Shown piece by piece: positions 43,380 through 56,149 of a stretch of 64,000 nt of DNA (positions are counted from its first letter, which is position 1; every line of letters begins with the position of its first letter). Source of the DNA: Malacoraja senta (taxonomy: Eukaryota); NCBI GenBank assembly GCA_038087875.1, contig CM075988.1:26910001-26974000 (forward strand). Direction: 5' to 3'. A program made the position numbers and the translations under genes. The notes under the pieces are model-generated. The model did not search any database. It was not told the origin of the DNA and saw only the letters and a list, made by a program, of their open reading frames with translations.

Positions 43380-44104
43380 ACCGCTCCCTCCGTAACTCCC
43401 TTGTCAATTCTTCCCTTCCCTCCCGTACCACCCCCTCCCCGGGTACTTTCCCTTGCAACCGCAAGAGATGCAACACTTGTCCCTTCACCTCCCCCCTCGA
43501 CTCCATTCAAGGACCTAAGCAGTCGTTCCAGGTGCGACAGAGGTTCACCTGCATCTCCTCCAACCTCATCTATTGCATCCGCTGCTCTAGATGCCAGCTG
43601 ATCTACATCGGTGAGACCAAGCGGAGGCTTGGCGATCGTTTCGCCGAACACCTCCGGTCGGTCCGCAATAACCAACTTGACCTCCCGGTGGCTCAGCACT
43701 TCAACTCCCCCTCCCATTCCGTATCTGACCTCTCTGTCCTGGGTCTCCTCCATGGCCACAGCGAGCAACACCGGAAATTGGAGGAAATGCACCTCATATT
43801 CCGCTTGGACAGTCTACATCCTGGGGGCTTGAACATTGAATTCTCCCAACTCTGCTAGCCCTTGCTGTCCCCTCCCCTTCATCAGCCCTCTGGTTGTCTC
43901 CTCCCCTCCCACAGCCCTCGGGCTCCTCCTCCGCCTTTTTTCCTTTTTTCCTTTCTTCTCCCCACCCCCTATCAGTCTGAAGAAGGGTTTCGGCCCGAAA
44001 CGTTGCCTATTTCCTTCGCTCCATAGATGCTGCTGCACCCGCTGAGTTTCTCCAGCATTTTTGTGTACCTTCGATTTTCCAGCATCTGCAGTTCCTTCTT
44101 TAAC
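43380..44104 (+). mobile_element. Young 5'-truncated Penelope-like retroelement: Cys-rich linker, GIY-YIG endonuclease, pLTR with hammerhead-like motif, and tail
   Basis: Open frame 43382-43858: FPCNRKRCNTC...SSNLIYCIRCSRCQLIYIGETKRRLGDRFAEH...GLNIEFS; 11-bp TSD aatctgtttta at 43369-43379 and 44105-44115. Confidence 0.92.
43977..44004 (+). ncRNA. Minimal type I hammerhead ribozyme-like motif in the Penelope pLTR
   Basis: CTGAAGA, extra A, helix II GGGT-TTCG-GCCC, GAAA, palindromic ACGT helix III, then UH. Helix I is only about 2 bp, so activity is unproven. Confidence 0.65.
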
Positions 44105-44685
44105 AATCTGTTTTAGTGGTTGACTGAGCAATACATTGGCAAGAATACTCAGTCTCCTTCAAGTGTAGTGACTTTAGGAACATTTGCATCTGAGTCCGGG
44201 AGCAGATGTTGCCTCCGTTTTAATGCTTTATCACACTGGCACCTCAGTGTTACACGTTCAGCTCTACACTATAGTGACATCCTGATATTCTGAAGTCTCT
44301 GGAGTGGGTCGTAAACTCTACAAATGTCTGTCTCAGATGAGAGTGCCACAGCTGGCACAGTAATGCAGCCTTAGTGCTGAAACCTCAAACCACCAAGAAC
44401 GTGGGCTCCATCCCAATCTCAGGAGCTCGCATTCCAGATAAATACAGGGCAGAGGAATGGAAGGAATGTGTTTGCTCATTTGGGAGCTGGCATTGACTCA
44501 ATGGGGCAAACAGTCTCCCTCTGGGTCATTATTTGTTTATGCTCTGATGTACACAAATGACATGCAAATTGTCACTAGTCAGGCAGCATTGATAATTTTG
44601 TAAATAATCTGCAAAAAAAGCAAGGTTATAAATCAAAGAGAAATTGCTCCAGTTGACAAATGATTACCAGGAATAATTGTACTTA

Positions 44686-46300
44686 CAGTGGCTTGCAAAA
44701 GTTTTCATACCCCTTAAACTTTTCCACATTGTGTCATGTTACAACCACAAACGTAAATGTATTTTATTGGGATTTTATGTGATAGACCAACACAAAGTGG
44801 TGCATAATTGTGAAGTGGAAGGAAAATGATACATGGTTTTCAAATTTTTTTACAAACAAAAAACTGAAAAGTGTCGCGTGCAAAAGTATTCAGCCCCCCT
44901 GAGTCAATACTTTGTAGAACCACCTTTCGCTGCAATTACAGCTGCAAGTCTTTTGGGGTATGTCTCTACCAGCTTTGCACATCTAGAGACTGAAATTTCT
45001 GCCCATTCTTCTTTGCAATATAGCTCAAGCTCAGTCAGATTGGATGGAGAGCGTCTGTGAACAGCAATTTTCAAGTCTTGCCAGAGATTCTCAATTGGAT
45101 TTAGGTCTGGACTGACTGGGCCATTCTAACACATGAATATGCTTTGATCTAAACAATTCCATTGTAGCTCTGGCTGTATGTTTAGGGTTGTTGTCCTGCT
45201 GGAAGGTGAACCTCCGCCCCAGTCTCAAGTCTTTTGCAGACACTAACAGGTTTTCTTCCAAGATTGCCCTGTATTTGGCTCCATCCATCTTCCCATCAAC
45301 TCTGACCAGCTTCCCTGTCCCTGCTGAAGAAAAGCATCCCCACAGCATGATGCTGCCACCACCATGTTTCACAGTGGGGATGGTGTGTTCAGGGTGATGT
45401 GCAGTGTTAGGTTTCCGCCACACATACGTTTTGCATTTAGGCCAAAAACTTCAATTTTGGTCTCATCTGACCAGATCACCTTCCTCCACATGTTTGCTGT
45501 GTCCCCCACATGGCTTGTGGCAAACTGCAAACGGGACTTCTTATGACTTTTTTTCAACAATGGCTTTCTTCTTGCCACTCTTCCATAAAGGCCCAATTTG
45601 TGGAGTGCACAGACTAATAGTTGTCCTGTGGACAGATTCTCCCACCTGAGCTGTGGATCTCTGCAGCTCCTCCAGATTTACCATGGGCCTCTTGGCTGCT
45701 TCTCTGATCAATGCTCTCCTTGCCCGGCCTGTCAGTTTAGGTGGACGGCCATGTCTTGGTAGGTTTGCAGTTGTGCCATACTCTTTCCATTTTCGGATGA
45801 TGGATTGAACAGTGCTCCGTGAGATGTTCAAAGCTTGGGATATTTTTTTATAACCTAACCCTGCTTTAAACTTCTCCACAACTTTATCCCTGACCTGTCT
45901 GATGTGTTCCTTGGGCTTCATGATGCTGTTTGTTCACTAATGTTCTCTAACAAACCTCTGAGGCCTTCACAGAACAGCTGTATTTATACTGAGATTAGAT
46001 TACACACAAGTGGACTCTATTTACTAATTAGGTGAGTTCTGAAGGCAATTGGTTGCACTGGATTTTATTTAGGGGTATCAGAGTAAAGGGGGCTGAATAC
46101 TTTTGCACGCGACACTTTTCAGTTTTTTATTTGTAAAAAAATTTGAAAACCATGTATCATTTTCCTTCCACTTCACAATTATGCGCCACTTTGTGTTGGT
46201 CTATCACATAAAATCCCAATAAAACACATTTACGTTTGTGGTTGTAACGTGACAAAATGTGGAAAAGTTCAAGGGGTATGAAAACTTTTGCAAGCCACTG
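44686..46300 (-). mobile_element. Full-length Tc1-family IR/DR DNA transposon, Passport-like, 1615 bp
   Basis: TA at 44684-85 and 46301-02; CAGTG...CACTG ends; ~214-bp near-identical TIRs with inner and outer DRs (gcaaaagtattcagcccc / gcaaaagttttcataccc). Confidence 0.95.
44904..45921 (-). pseudogene. Frameshifted Tc1 DD34E transposase
   Basis: MKPKEH..GRPPKL (HTH region), [29 protein letters not shown], ..KGGSTKY* are spread over three ORFs, with breaks near 45610, 45425 and 45110. Confidence 0.92.
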
Positions 46301-47225
46301 TATACTGTCTGGCCACATCTCCACCCAAATGCATATTCTCACCATTTTAGTTTATCGGTAGTTTTGTTATAAACTATAGGTAGTTGCGTTCCTAAGAAAC
46401 CTCATCTATAGAAAATTTACATTTTGGGGCCCAAATGGGCAAGTTGGGGCGAAGGGCCTGTTTCTGTGCTGTACGTCTGTAAAGACATGGAAACATAGAA
46501 ACATGGAAAATAGGTGCAGGAGTAGGCCATTCGGCCCTTTGAGCCATGATTCAATATGATCATGGCTGCTGATCCAGAATCAGTACCCGCTCCTGCCTTC
46601 TCCCCATATCCCTTGATTCCGTTAGACAATTGTGTCAATGGCAATTAGGGGCTAAAGAATTATTTTTCCTGCAGCATTTTCAAATACAAGGATCATTTCA
46701 ATAACATTTATTTTGTTATAGCAAGCTAAACATACTAATGTTGCACTGTTTGATACACCTTTGCACGTGTCAATAGAAGTGATTGCTTGTCAATTTCAAT
46801 GGCTACCCATGGTTCAATTAGCAACTGTGTTCATAAGCGACAATAGTGTTTGATTACTGCAGGGTGGTGAATGGAAGCAGGTTGTTTTGTCCACTATAAT
46901 GTATATATTCAAGACAGCTTTTTTTCTGCTTCTCAATTCCAAAGAAACTTTTAAGTGGTTCTTACTTACTAATCAAAATAACATTATAACCAAATTGATC
47001 CATGTAAAACAACTAATGTTCCCTAATTCATCACTTGATTATTGGAACGTATTATTGCAGAACTAGCTGTACTTAATCAAATGTTGCAAAACACAAGGCC
47101 ACACACTGGTCAGCATGAAGAAGGGTGTCGATGTGAAACATCATCTAACTGTGTTCTCCAGGGATGCTGCCTGATTTGTTGAGTCACTCCAGCACTTTAC
47201 TGGCAGCAGCTGTACCCCTGGCACG

Positions 47226-48869
47226 GCACACACATCATTGCAGAGTACAGGGTGTACACACACACATCATTGCAGAGTACAGGGTGTACACACACACACG
47301 GCATTGCAGAGTACAGGGTGTACACACACACACATCATTGCAGAGTACAGGGTGTACACACACACAACATTGCAGACTACAGGGGTGTACACCACACACA
47401 CATCATTGCAGAGTACAGGGGTGTACACCACACACACATCATTGCAGAGTACAGGGGTGTACACCACACACACATCATTGCAGAGTACAGGGTGTACACA
47501 CACACACATCATTGCAGAGTACAGGGTGTACACACACACACGGCATTGCAGAGTACAGGGTGTACACACACACACATCATTGCAGACTACAGGGGTGTAC
47601 ACCACACACACATCATTGCAGACTACAGGGGTGTACACCACACACACATCATTGCAGACTACAGGGGTGTACACCACACACACATCATTGCAGAGTACAG
47701 GGGTGTACACCACACACACATCATTGCAGAGTACAGGGGTGTACACCACACACACATCATTGCAGAGTACAGGGGTGTACACCACACACACATCATTGCA
47801 GAGTACAGGGTGTACACACACACACATCATTGCAGAGTACAGGGTGTACACACACACACGGCATTGCAGAGTACAGGGTGTACACACACACACATCATTG
47901 CAGAGTACAGGGTGTACACACACACAACATTGCAGACTACAGGGGTGTACACCACACACACATCATTGCAGACTACAGGGGTGTACACCACACACACATC
48001 ATTGCAGAGTACAGGGGTGTACACCACACACACATCATTGCAGAGTACAGGGGTGTACACCACACACACATCATTGCAGAGTACAGGGTGTACACACACA
48101 CACATCATTGCAGAGTACAGGGTGTACACCACACACACATCATTGCAGAGTACAGGGTGTACACACACACACGGCATTGCAGAGTACAGGGTGTACACCA
48201 CACACACATCATTGCAGAGTACAGGGTGTACACACACACACATCATTGCAGAGTACAGGGTGTACACCACACACACATCATTGCAGACTACAGGGGTGTA
48301 CACCACACACACATCATTGCAGAGTACAGGGTGTACACACACACACATCATTGCAGAGTACAGGGTGTACACCACACACACATCATTGCAGACTACAGGG
48401 GTGTACACCACACACACATCATTGCAGAGTACAGGGGTGTACACCACACACACATCATTGCAGAGTACAGGGTGTACACACACACACATCATTGCAGAGT
48501 ACAGGGTGTACACCACACACACATCATTGCAGACTACAGGGGTGTACACCACACACACATCATTGCAGACTACAGGGGTGTACACCACACACACATCATT
48601 GCAGAGTACAGGGTGTACACACACACATCATTGCAGAGTACAGGGTGTACACACACACACATCATTGCAGAGTACAGGGGTGTACACCACACACACATCA
48701 TTGCAGAGTACAGGGTGTACACACACACATCATTGCAGACTACAGGGGTGTACACCACACACACATCATTGCAGAGTACAGGGGTGTACACACACACACA
48801 TCATTGCAGAGTACAGGGGTGTACACCACACACACATCATTGCAGAGTACAGGGTGTACACCACACACA
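47226..48869. repeat. Minisatellite of roughly 47 units of 32-36 bp: cattgcaga(g/c)tacaggg(g)tgtacac plus a variable CA tract
   Basis: cattg recurs at 47236, 47268, 47302, 47336, 47368, 47404 and onward. Confidence 0.97.
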
Positions 48870-50674
48870 ACGTTGCTGTTATTCAAGCATCACTCTCTTC
48901 ATATGTGCCACCGATTCCATTAGCGATCTCGTTTCCTGGGGACAAACCTTGACCGTTAAGCCAAGTACCAGTGTGGCAGTGAGTCTCTCTCCACAATGAC
49001 CATCCCCATAACTTGCAACCTCCCTTGTGGTGTAGCAGTGATCGCAGGTGTTAGCCCCTCGAGTGGTGCAGGAGACAAGTCAATGGTACTTGGGGAGCAC
49101 ATTTGGTAAGTTGGTTTGATTGAATGACCGGAGTAAATGAACATGGTGTGAGGGAGGTGTCTAAGGGAGGTGAAAACCAAATGCCAGGGGTGGTATATAG
49201 AACTGACAAATCGGTAGAGGTGAAGTCCATTGGTAGATGAAGTGTTCAAAGTCAATGGAGCAGAATTGAGCCAAGACCATTGCACCAGTGCATGGACCAA
49301 CAAACAGATGCTGCAGCCTGCGGGCGGTGGATGGAGGATTGGGCCGGTGCTGGTGAGAGGGCTGGCGGCTCACCTCTCACCTCTCACCTCTCACCTCTCA
49401 CTGCTCACACTGGGGTCGGCTGAGATGATTCGTGGGAGAAATGACTGCACATTATTGAGGTAGTTCACTATCAACAGTCTGATATTTGAGACTAACAACA
49501 GGAAATTAATTTGTTTCAAAAAATAATGATAATTTATTCTTGTAAATTTGTTTTCTTTGTACATATTACTGACTTCCCACAACATAATCTTGGATTTTAC
49601 AAAAGACATAATTAGGGACCGCACATGGTTTAATGTTCACCATGTAGAACACATTCATCACATTGGGAATCCATTTGTCAGGGCAGCATTGTGTTTGTAG
49701 CATGCAAATCATTTTAACTGCCTTTACCAGAGCGAGATATCGTCCTACTGTTTTTAAACACAGATTGCTTGTTCATTCAAATCAGCAGAATCAATTACAA
49801 TCCTCATGAGATGTTCAATACACCGAATCAGAAACTCTCCCTGAAATGTTTAATGTGGCGTGGCTTAAGGCATCATTAAATATGAGATGTCATAACTTTT
49901 AAAGTGCAACAATTACAAAGTGCACATTGGCAAGCAAGTCCTGGGTCGTTCAGCAGGGTTCCAGCCGGTACTCTGCCTGACACCTGTCCCAACGTTCACA
50001 GAAGATAGACACAAAACGCTGGAGTAACTCAGTGGGACAGGATAGAAGGAATGGTTGAATTTACATGTCGTATACACAAACTTCAGATATGCACTATTTC
50101 TGATTGCCTTAATAATCAGGTTTATGATAGAATTATGATATGCATCGTCCGGTTGCATTATACACGTTATAATATCTAGCCCTCTTTTAAAACTTATTAA
50201 GGTCAAAGAGGTGTACAGTACAGAAATTAACCCTTTGGCCACCGTATCTCATATAGAGCCACCGCTCAGTTTAACTTGTCTGAATAGCAGCCCACACCTC
50301 AGCTCCAAGTGGAGGATATAAAGCATGAAAACAGACCCTATGTCCATCTTGTCCATGTTGACTGTTGGCATCAGAGCTAGTGCTAGTTACTAGTATTTGG
50401 CCCTTATTCCTCTAAACCCTTCCTATCCAAAATCTGTCCAAAGGTCTTTTGTAAGTTGGAAGTATATCCACTTCTACAGATTCCTCTACAGATACAGACG
50501 ACCCTCTGTGAGAAAGTTGCCCCTGAAGTCACAATTAAATCTCCCGCCTCTCACCTTAAGCTTATGCTCTCTAGCGTTAGAATCCTTTACCATGGGAAAA
50601 AGATTGTGAGTGTTCACTTTATCCATGCCCCACATGAGGTTGCTGTTTCAACAAGGTTACTCCTCAGTCCCCAA

Positions 50675-51827
50675 GTCCCAGTGTGTCCCAGCATGTCCCA
50701 GTGTGTCGCAGTGTGTCCCAGCGTGTCCCAGTGTGTCCCAGTGTGTCCCAATGCATTCCAGCGTGACCCAGTGTGTCCCAGCGTGTCCCAACATGTCCCA
50801 GTGTGTCCCAGTGTGTCCCAGTGTGTCCCAACATGTCCCAGTGTGTTCCAGTGTGTCCCAACATGTCCCAGTGTGTCCCAACATGTCCCAGTGTGTCCCA
50901 GTGTGTCCCAACATGTCCCAGTGTGTCAGTGTCCCAACATGTCCCAGTGTGTCCCAACATGTCCCAGTGTAAGGTACACAAAAATGCTGGAGAAACTCAG
51001 CGGGTGCAGCAGCATCTATGGAGCGAAGGAAATAGGTAACGTTTCGGGCCGAAACCCTTCTTCAGTGTCCCAGTGTGTCCCAGTGTGTCCCAACATGTCC
51101 CAGTGTGTCCCAACATGTCCCAGTGTATCACAGTGTCCCAACATGTCCCAGTGTGTTCCAGCGTGTCCCAGCGTGTCCCAGTGTGTCCCAACGTGTCCCA
51201 GTGTGTCCCAGTGTGTCCCAGTGTGTCCCAGTGTGTCCCAACATGTCCCAGTGTGTCCCAGTGTGTCCCAGTGTGTCCCAACATGTCCCAGTGTGTCCCA
51301 GTGTGTCCCAGTGTGTCCCAGTGTGTCCCAACATGTCCCAGTGTGTCCTAGTGTCCCAACATGTCCCAGTGTGTCCCAGTGTGTCCCAGAGTGTCCCAGT
51401 TTGTCCCAGTGTGTCCCAGAGTGTCCCAGAGTGTCCCAGAGTGTCCCAGTGTGTCCCAGTGTCCCAGCATGTCCCAACATGTTCCAGTGTGTCCCAGCAT
51501 GTCCCAGTGTGTCCCAACATGTCCCAGTGTGTCCCAGTGTCCCAGTGTGTCCCAGAGTGTCCCAGTGTGTCCCAACATGTCCCAGTGTGTCCCAGTGTCC
51601 CAGCGTGTCCCAGCGTGTCCCAGCGTGTCCCAGCGTGTCCCACCGTGTCCCAGCGTGTTCCAGCGTGTCCCAGTGTCCCAGTGTGTCCCAGTGTGTCTCA
51701 GTGTGTCCCAACATATCCCAGTGTGTCCCAGTGTGTCCCAGTGTGTCTCAGTGTGTCTCAGTGTGTCCCAGTGTCCCAGTGTGTCCCAGTGTGTCCCAGT
51801 GTGTCCCAGCGTGTCCCAGCGTGTCCA
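50675..51827. repeat. 10-bp satellite (gtgtcccagt and variants) embedded in a minus-strand CR1 fragment
   Basis: Directly visible 10-bp period with occasional 8-bp units. Confidence 0.97.
50972..51065 (-). mobile_element. Solo Penelope pLTR inserted in the 10-bp satellite
   Basis: aggtacacaaaaatgctggagaaactc...cccttcttcag; the minus-strand hammerhead-like core at 51038-51065 is intact. Confidence 0.88.
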
Positions 51828-54800
51828 GCCTCCCCCTATAACCTGAGCTCGCTAATCCTAGTAACATCCTAATGAAATATCATTGATGGGAACTGAGATC
51901 TAAACAGGGCAACAGTTGGCTTCCAACTAATGTTTAATATGTTTAATTGTGCTGTTGTGCTGTGCAAGTAAGAATATCATTGTTCTATTTGGGACATATG
52001 ACAATAAAACATTTTTGACTCTCTTGAATATAATTCTTGTACAATTCTATCCCTCTTGAAATAAACAGTAGTATTTCATTTGTTCTTGCTATGGCCTTAT
52101 CAACCTCCATAACAACCATCAAATGATTTGCCCAGAGTGCGAGAATCGAGGACCAGGGGACATAGGTTTAAGGTGAGGGGGGAAAACATTTAATAGGAAC
52201 CTGAGGGGTAACCTTTTCACACAAAGGGTGGTGGGTGTATGGAACAAGCTGCCAGAAGAGGTAGTTGAGGCTGGTAGCATCGCAACTTTTAAGAATCATT
52301 TGGACAGGTACATGGATAGGACAGGTTTAGATGGATATGGGCCAAATGCAGGCAGGTGGGAATAATGTAGCTAAGACATGTTGTTCGGTATGGGCAAGTT
52401 GGGCTGAAGGGCCTGTTCTCACGCTGTATGACTATGACTCTATTTGCTTTTCACTCTTAGATCCATTTGATTCTATCCCTAGTTATATTTCTATACGCCA
52501 GGTTACATAATATTTATCCAAGTGTAATACTATATACTTGATGTTGTAATTCATTTATCAATTATAAGCTACTCTTTAACATAATTAATTTCTGTTGCTG
52601 GATCCTATTATCCAGGACAGAAATCAGATGGTAAGAAAAATGATGAGGCGTGAGAGGTCAAAGATAATGGAGAGAAAACTATCAATCCTGTTATGTCTCA
52701 TTCAGCTGACGTGCTTTAGTTTGAAAAGGCAACGTATTTTCATTTAATTCACAGTGAAACAAAATGAGGTTAGCAATCTGCTTCTCTTTACTGATCATAC
52801 ATCTAACACTTCTCACCGTGAGTGACTCACTAAAACATACAAGAAGCAACAGGGGAGAGTAGACGGAGTCACTAAATGGGGCTGGAAGTCCGGAGAAGGG
52901 TCCAGGATGGGTCCATCCTGTCCACAGGTGCTGCCTGGCCTGCCATGTTTGTCCAGCACTTTGTGTTCTGCTCAAGAATCACTAAACTCCCATTGGGGAG
53001 AGAAGCAATCAGGTGGGAATAGGAAGGTGTTGAGTGATTAATGGTTTACGTGTGGGTGGGGCTGTGGCTCAGCTGGTGAAACCTACTGCAATTTGGCCAA
53101 CTCAATTTGTTAGGTTTCAGGGTGGAGAATGAATAACAAGATAATTGGAAGAGGGCAAGAATGGACAATAAAGGCAAAGCTGAAGAGGTCACAAGGGTGA
53201 AGATAGACACAAAATGCTGGAGTAACTCAGCGGGACAGGCAGCATCTCCGGAGAGAAGGAATGGGTGATGTTTTGGGTCGAGACCCTTCTTCAAGGTGGG
53301 AAGGACAAAGCTGTGGGAAAGGAACATGAATTAAGGTGTCAAGAGTAAACTAGTGTCCTTGCTTCCAAAAGGGGCGATCACTAGTCAGCGTGGACTCAGT
53401 GGACCGAAGGGCCTGTTTCCGTGCTGTATATCTAAACTCTAAAAATCAGACCATTCATCCTACGGAGTGTACTCTGCCATTCAGTAACGGCCAATCTATT
53501 TTCCCCCTGAACCCCATTCTCTTGACATCGCCCCATAACCTTTGATGCCCTTCCTCATCAAGAACCTATGAATTTCCATCTTAAAAATACCCAATGTCTA
53601 GGCTTCCACAGCCATCTGTGGCAATGAATTCCACAGATTCACCCCCCCCTCTGGCTAAATCATTTCCACCTCATCGTTATCTTGAAGGTAGGTCCTTGTA
53701 TTCTGAGGTGGTGTCCTCTGGTTCTAGACTCTCCCATTACTGGAAACATCTTATCCACGTCCAATCTATTCTAGGCCTTTCATTATCTGGAAGGTTTCAA
53801 TGAGACCCCTCCTTTTTAATCAAAGTCTTTCTGCCAACATTATGCAATGTTAGTCAAACCAGAATGGAAGCAAGTGATCATTGTTCCTGAGGGAGAAGCA
53901 GAAGGTACCAAGTTGAGTTTATTGTCATATACTCAGGTACAGTGAGGTACAGGTTCAATAAAACATTGCAGCAGCTTCACAGGCAGATAGACAACAGAGA
54001 AAGACATCAAATATGCAGAAATTATGTGTAAATACTACAAGGCAGTGACAAGAAAAGACAGTGCAAATAAAAACCAGCAGCTAATATACAGCTTCAGTGA
54101 ATTCTCATCTCCATTGCTGTCTGCGTGGTGTTTGCAAGTTCTCCCTGTGACTGTTTGGGTTTCCTCTGAGTGCTCTGGTTTTTCCCCCACAGGTGACCAG
54201 ATTAAGTGGCCATCAAAATTTGACCTTAATATGTAGATGAGTTGTAGTATCTGTTGGGGAGTTGATGGGAATAAAATGAGTTACAGGATGAGTGAAAACA
54301 TGGGTCTTAGTTGTGGACATGTTGGTCTAATGACATGTTTCTATGCTGTATGCTGTAGGCTGTAATGACAAGTTTCCCTGCACCAAGGCAAATTCCTTGT
54401 ATGTGAATACTTGGCCAATAAACGTACTTACTTATCTCATTATGACTGTATTACTCCACAAGTTTAGATTTTTTATTGTCACAAGTATCGAGGTACAGTG
54501 AAAGCTTTGTTTACCATGCTATCCAATCAAATCGGATTATGCACAAACTCCAGTACAACAGGTAGAGCAATGGGGAAGGTACAGAGTGCAGAATATAGTT
54601 CTCAGCATTGTAGCGTACCAGTTCCAGAGACAAAGTCCAATGTCCGCAATGGGGTAGAGGTAAATTGGACAGCATCCTAGCTTATGGAAGCCTGATAATA
54701 AGCCTGACAGTCTGTAGGTAATGTATGGTGTTGCTCAACTATCCACATCGTTTCTGTAACGGAGGCTGCCAACTAATGTTCACTTATGACTAAACTGTGA

Positions 54801-56149
54801 CTTCTTTTCTTGCAGATTCACATCTGCGACTTGGTTTGGAAATTAGATTCAAATCTATCTGTGTGGGAATCAGTGTGGAAATTCTTACGCTGAGAATGTT
54901 TGTAGCCAGAGACTTTCATTCCATTGGTATAGGCTGGATATAAATCGAGATATCAAAAATGCAAGGAAGATGTACGGACTGACTTCACCAATCTGTCTGC
55001 TTGGTTAATGGTTCTGTTCAGTTTAATCAGCTGTGATGCAGCACAAGCAGGTATATAATGCTGACTTTGGAGACATGCTGTCAAGATTTATATCTTCTCC
55101 ATAGGAATTTCATGAATTTTTCAGCAGAGACAGATGAAATTAAGTGCAAGGCAAATTTAAGGTCATGAAAAAAGACAAGGTAGACACAAAATGCTGGAGT
55201 AACTCAGCGGGACAGGCAGCATCTCTGGAGAGAAGGAATGGGTGATGTTTCGGGTACTTCAGATCAGTCTGAAGAAGGATCTCGACCCAAAACGTCACCC
55301 ATTCCTTCTCTCCAGAGAAGCTGCCTGTCCCGCTGAGTTACTCCAGCGTTTTGTGTCTAAGATCGATTCAAACCAGCATCTGCAGTTCCTTCCGACACAT
55401 GAAAAAAGACAAACTATCATAAAGGCATCCCGTTACTTAATTAGTTTAGTGAAAGAGAACATGTTGGTAATTTTATATTCAAGTGAATCACAACTAAGAC
55501 TGAGCATATTTCAGTTGGACACAACTGTTCAATGTAATTGTTTCTATTGTTTCACAGAATCATTCCTCAACACACTACAGCTGCAGATTAAGGCCTTCCT
55601 TAGAAAGTAAAAGACTTTAGTTGTCAGTGGCTAGAAGTTTGTTGTTGATGTTATTGGTTCACTAGATAGAACACAGAACAGTGCAGCAAAGGAGCAGGCC
55701 ATTCGGCCCACAATGTCCGTGCTGATCATAATGTCAGGACGATCTGACCTCCTCTGCCTGCACGTGATCCATATCCCGGTATTCTCCGCCTATCCATGTG
55801 GCCATCTAAAGGCCTTTGCATTTCACTCTGATGTCCCCCTTGCCTGGTGTATATAGAACCAGCGGCCACATCCTCAGAACGAGAGGTTGGCCATTCAAAA
55901 CAAGAAATCTCTTCACCCAGAAGGCGATTAATCTTTTGAGTTCACCATCCAAGAGCCCCATGGAGACTGTCAAGATGCAGATTGATAGAGTTTCAGATAA
56001 TGAGTGAGTATAAGAAACTAGCATTGAAGTATAAGGTCAGACATGATCTTATTGAATGGCAAGGGGTAAAATAGGCTCCACCTCTATCCGACACAAAGTG
56101 CTGGAGTAATACAGGAGGAGGCAGTTTGGCCTGTTTTAAAATTGTATTA

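Noticed and set aside
47226..48869. CRISPR-like periodicity and 560-611 aa ORFs
   Set aside because: No unique spacers, no cas genes, vertebrate context; the ORFs are translations of a stop-free tandem repeat.
50456..51872. Cys/Pro/Val-rich ORFs up to 461 aa resembling keratin-associated or metallothionein proteins
   Set aside because: Translation of a 10-bp satellite plus LINE and pLTR sequence.
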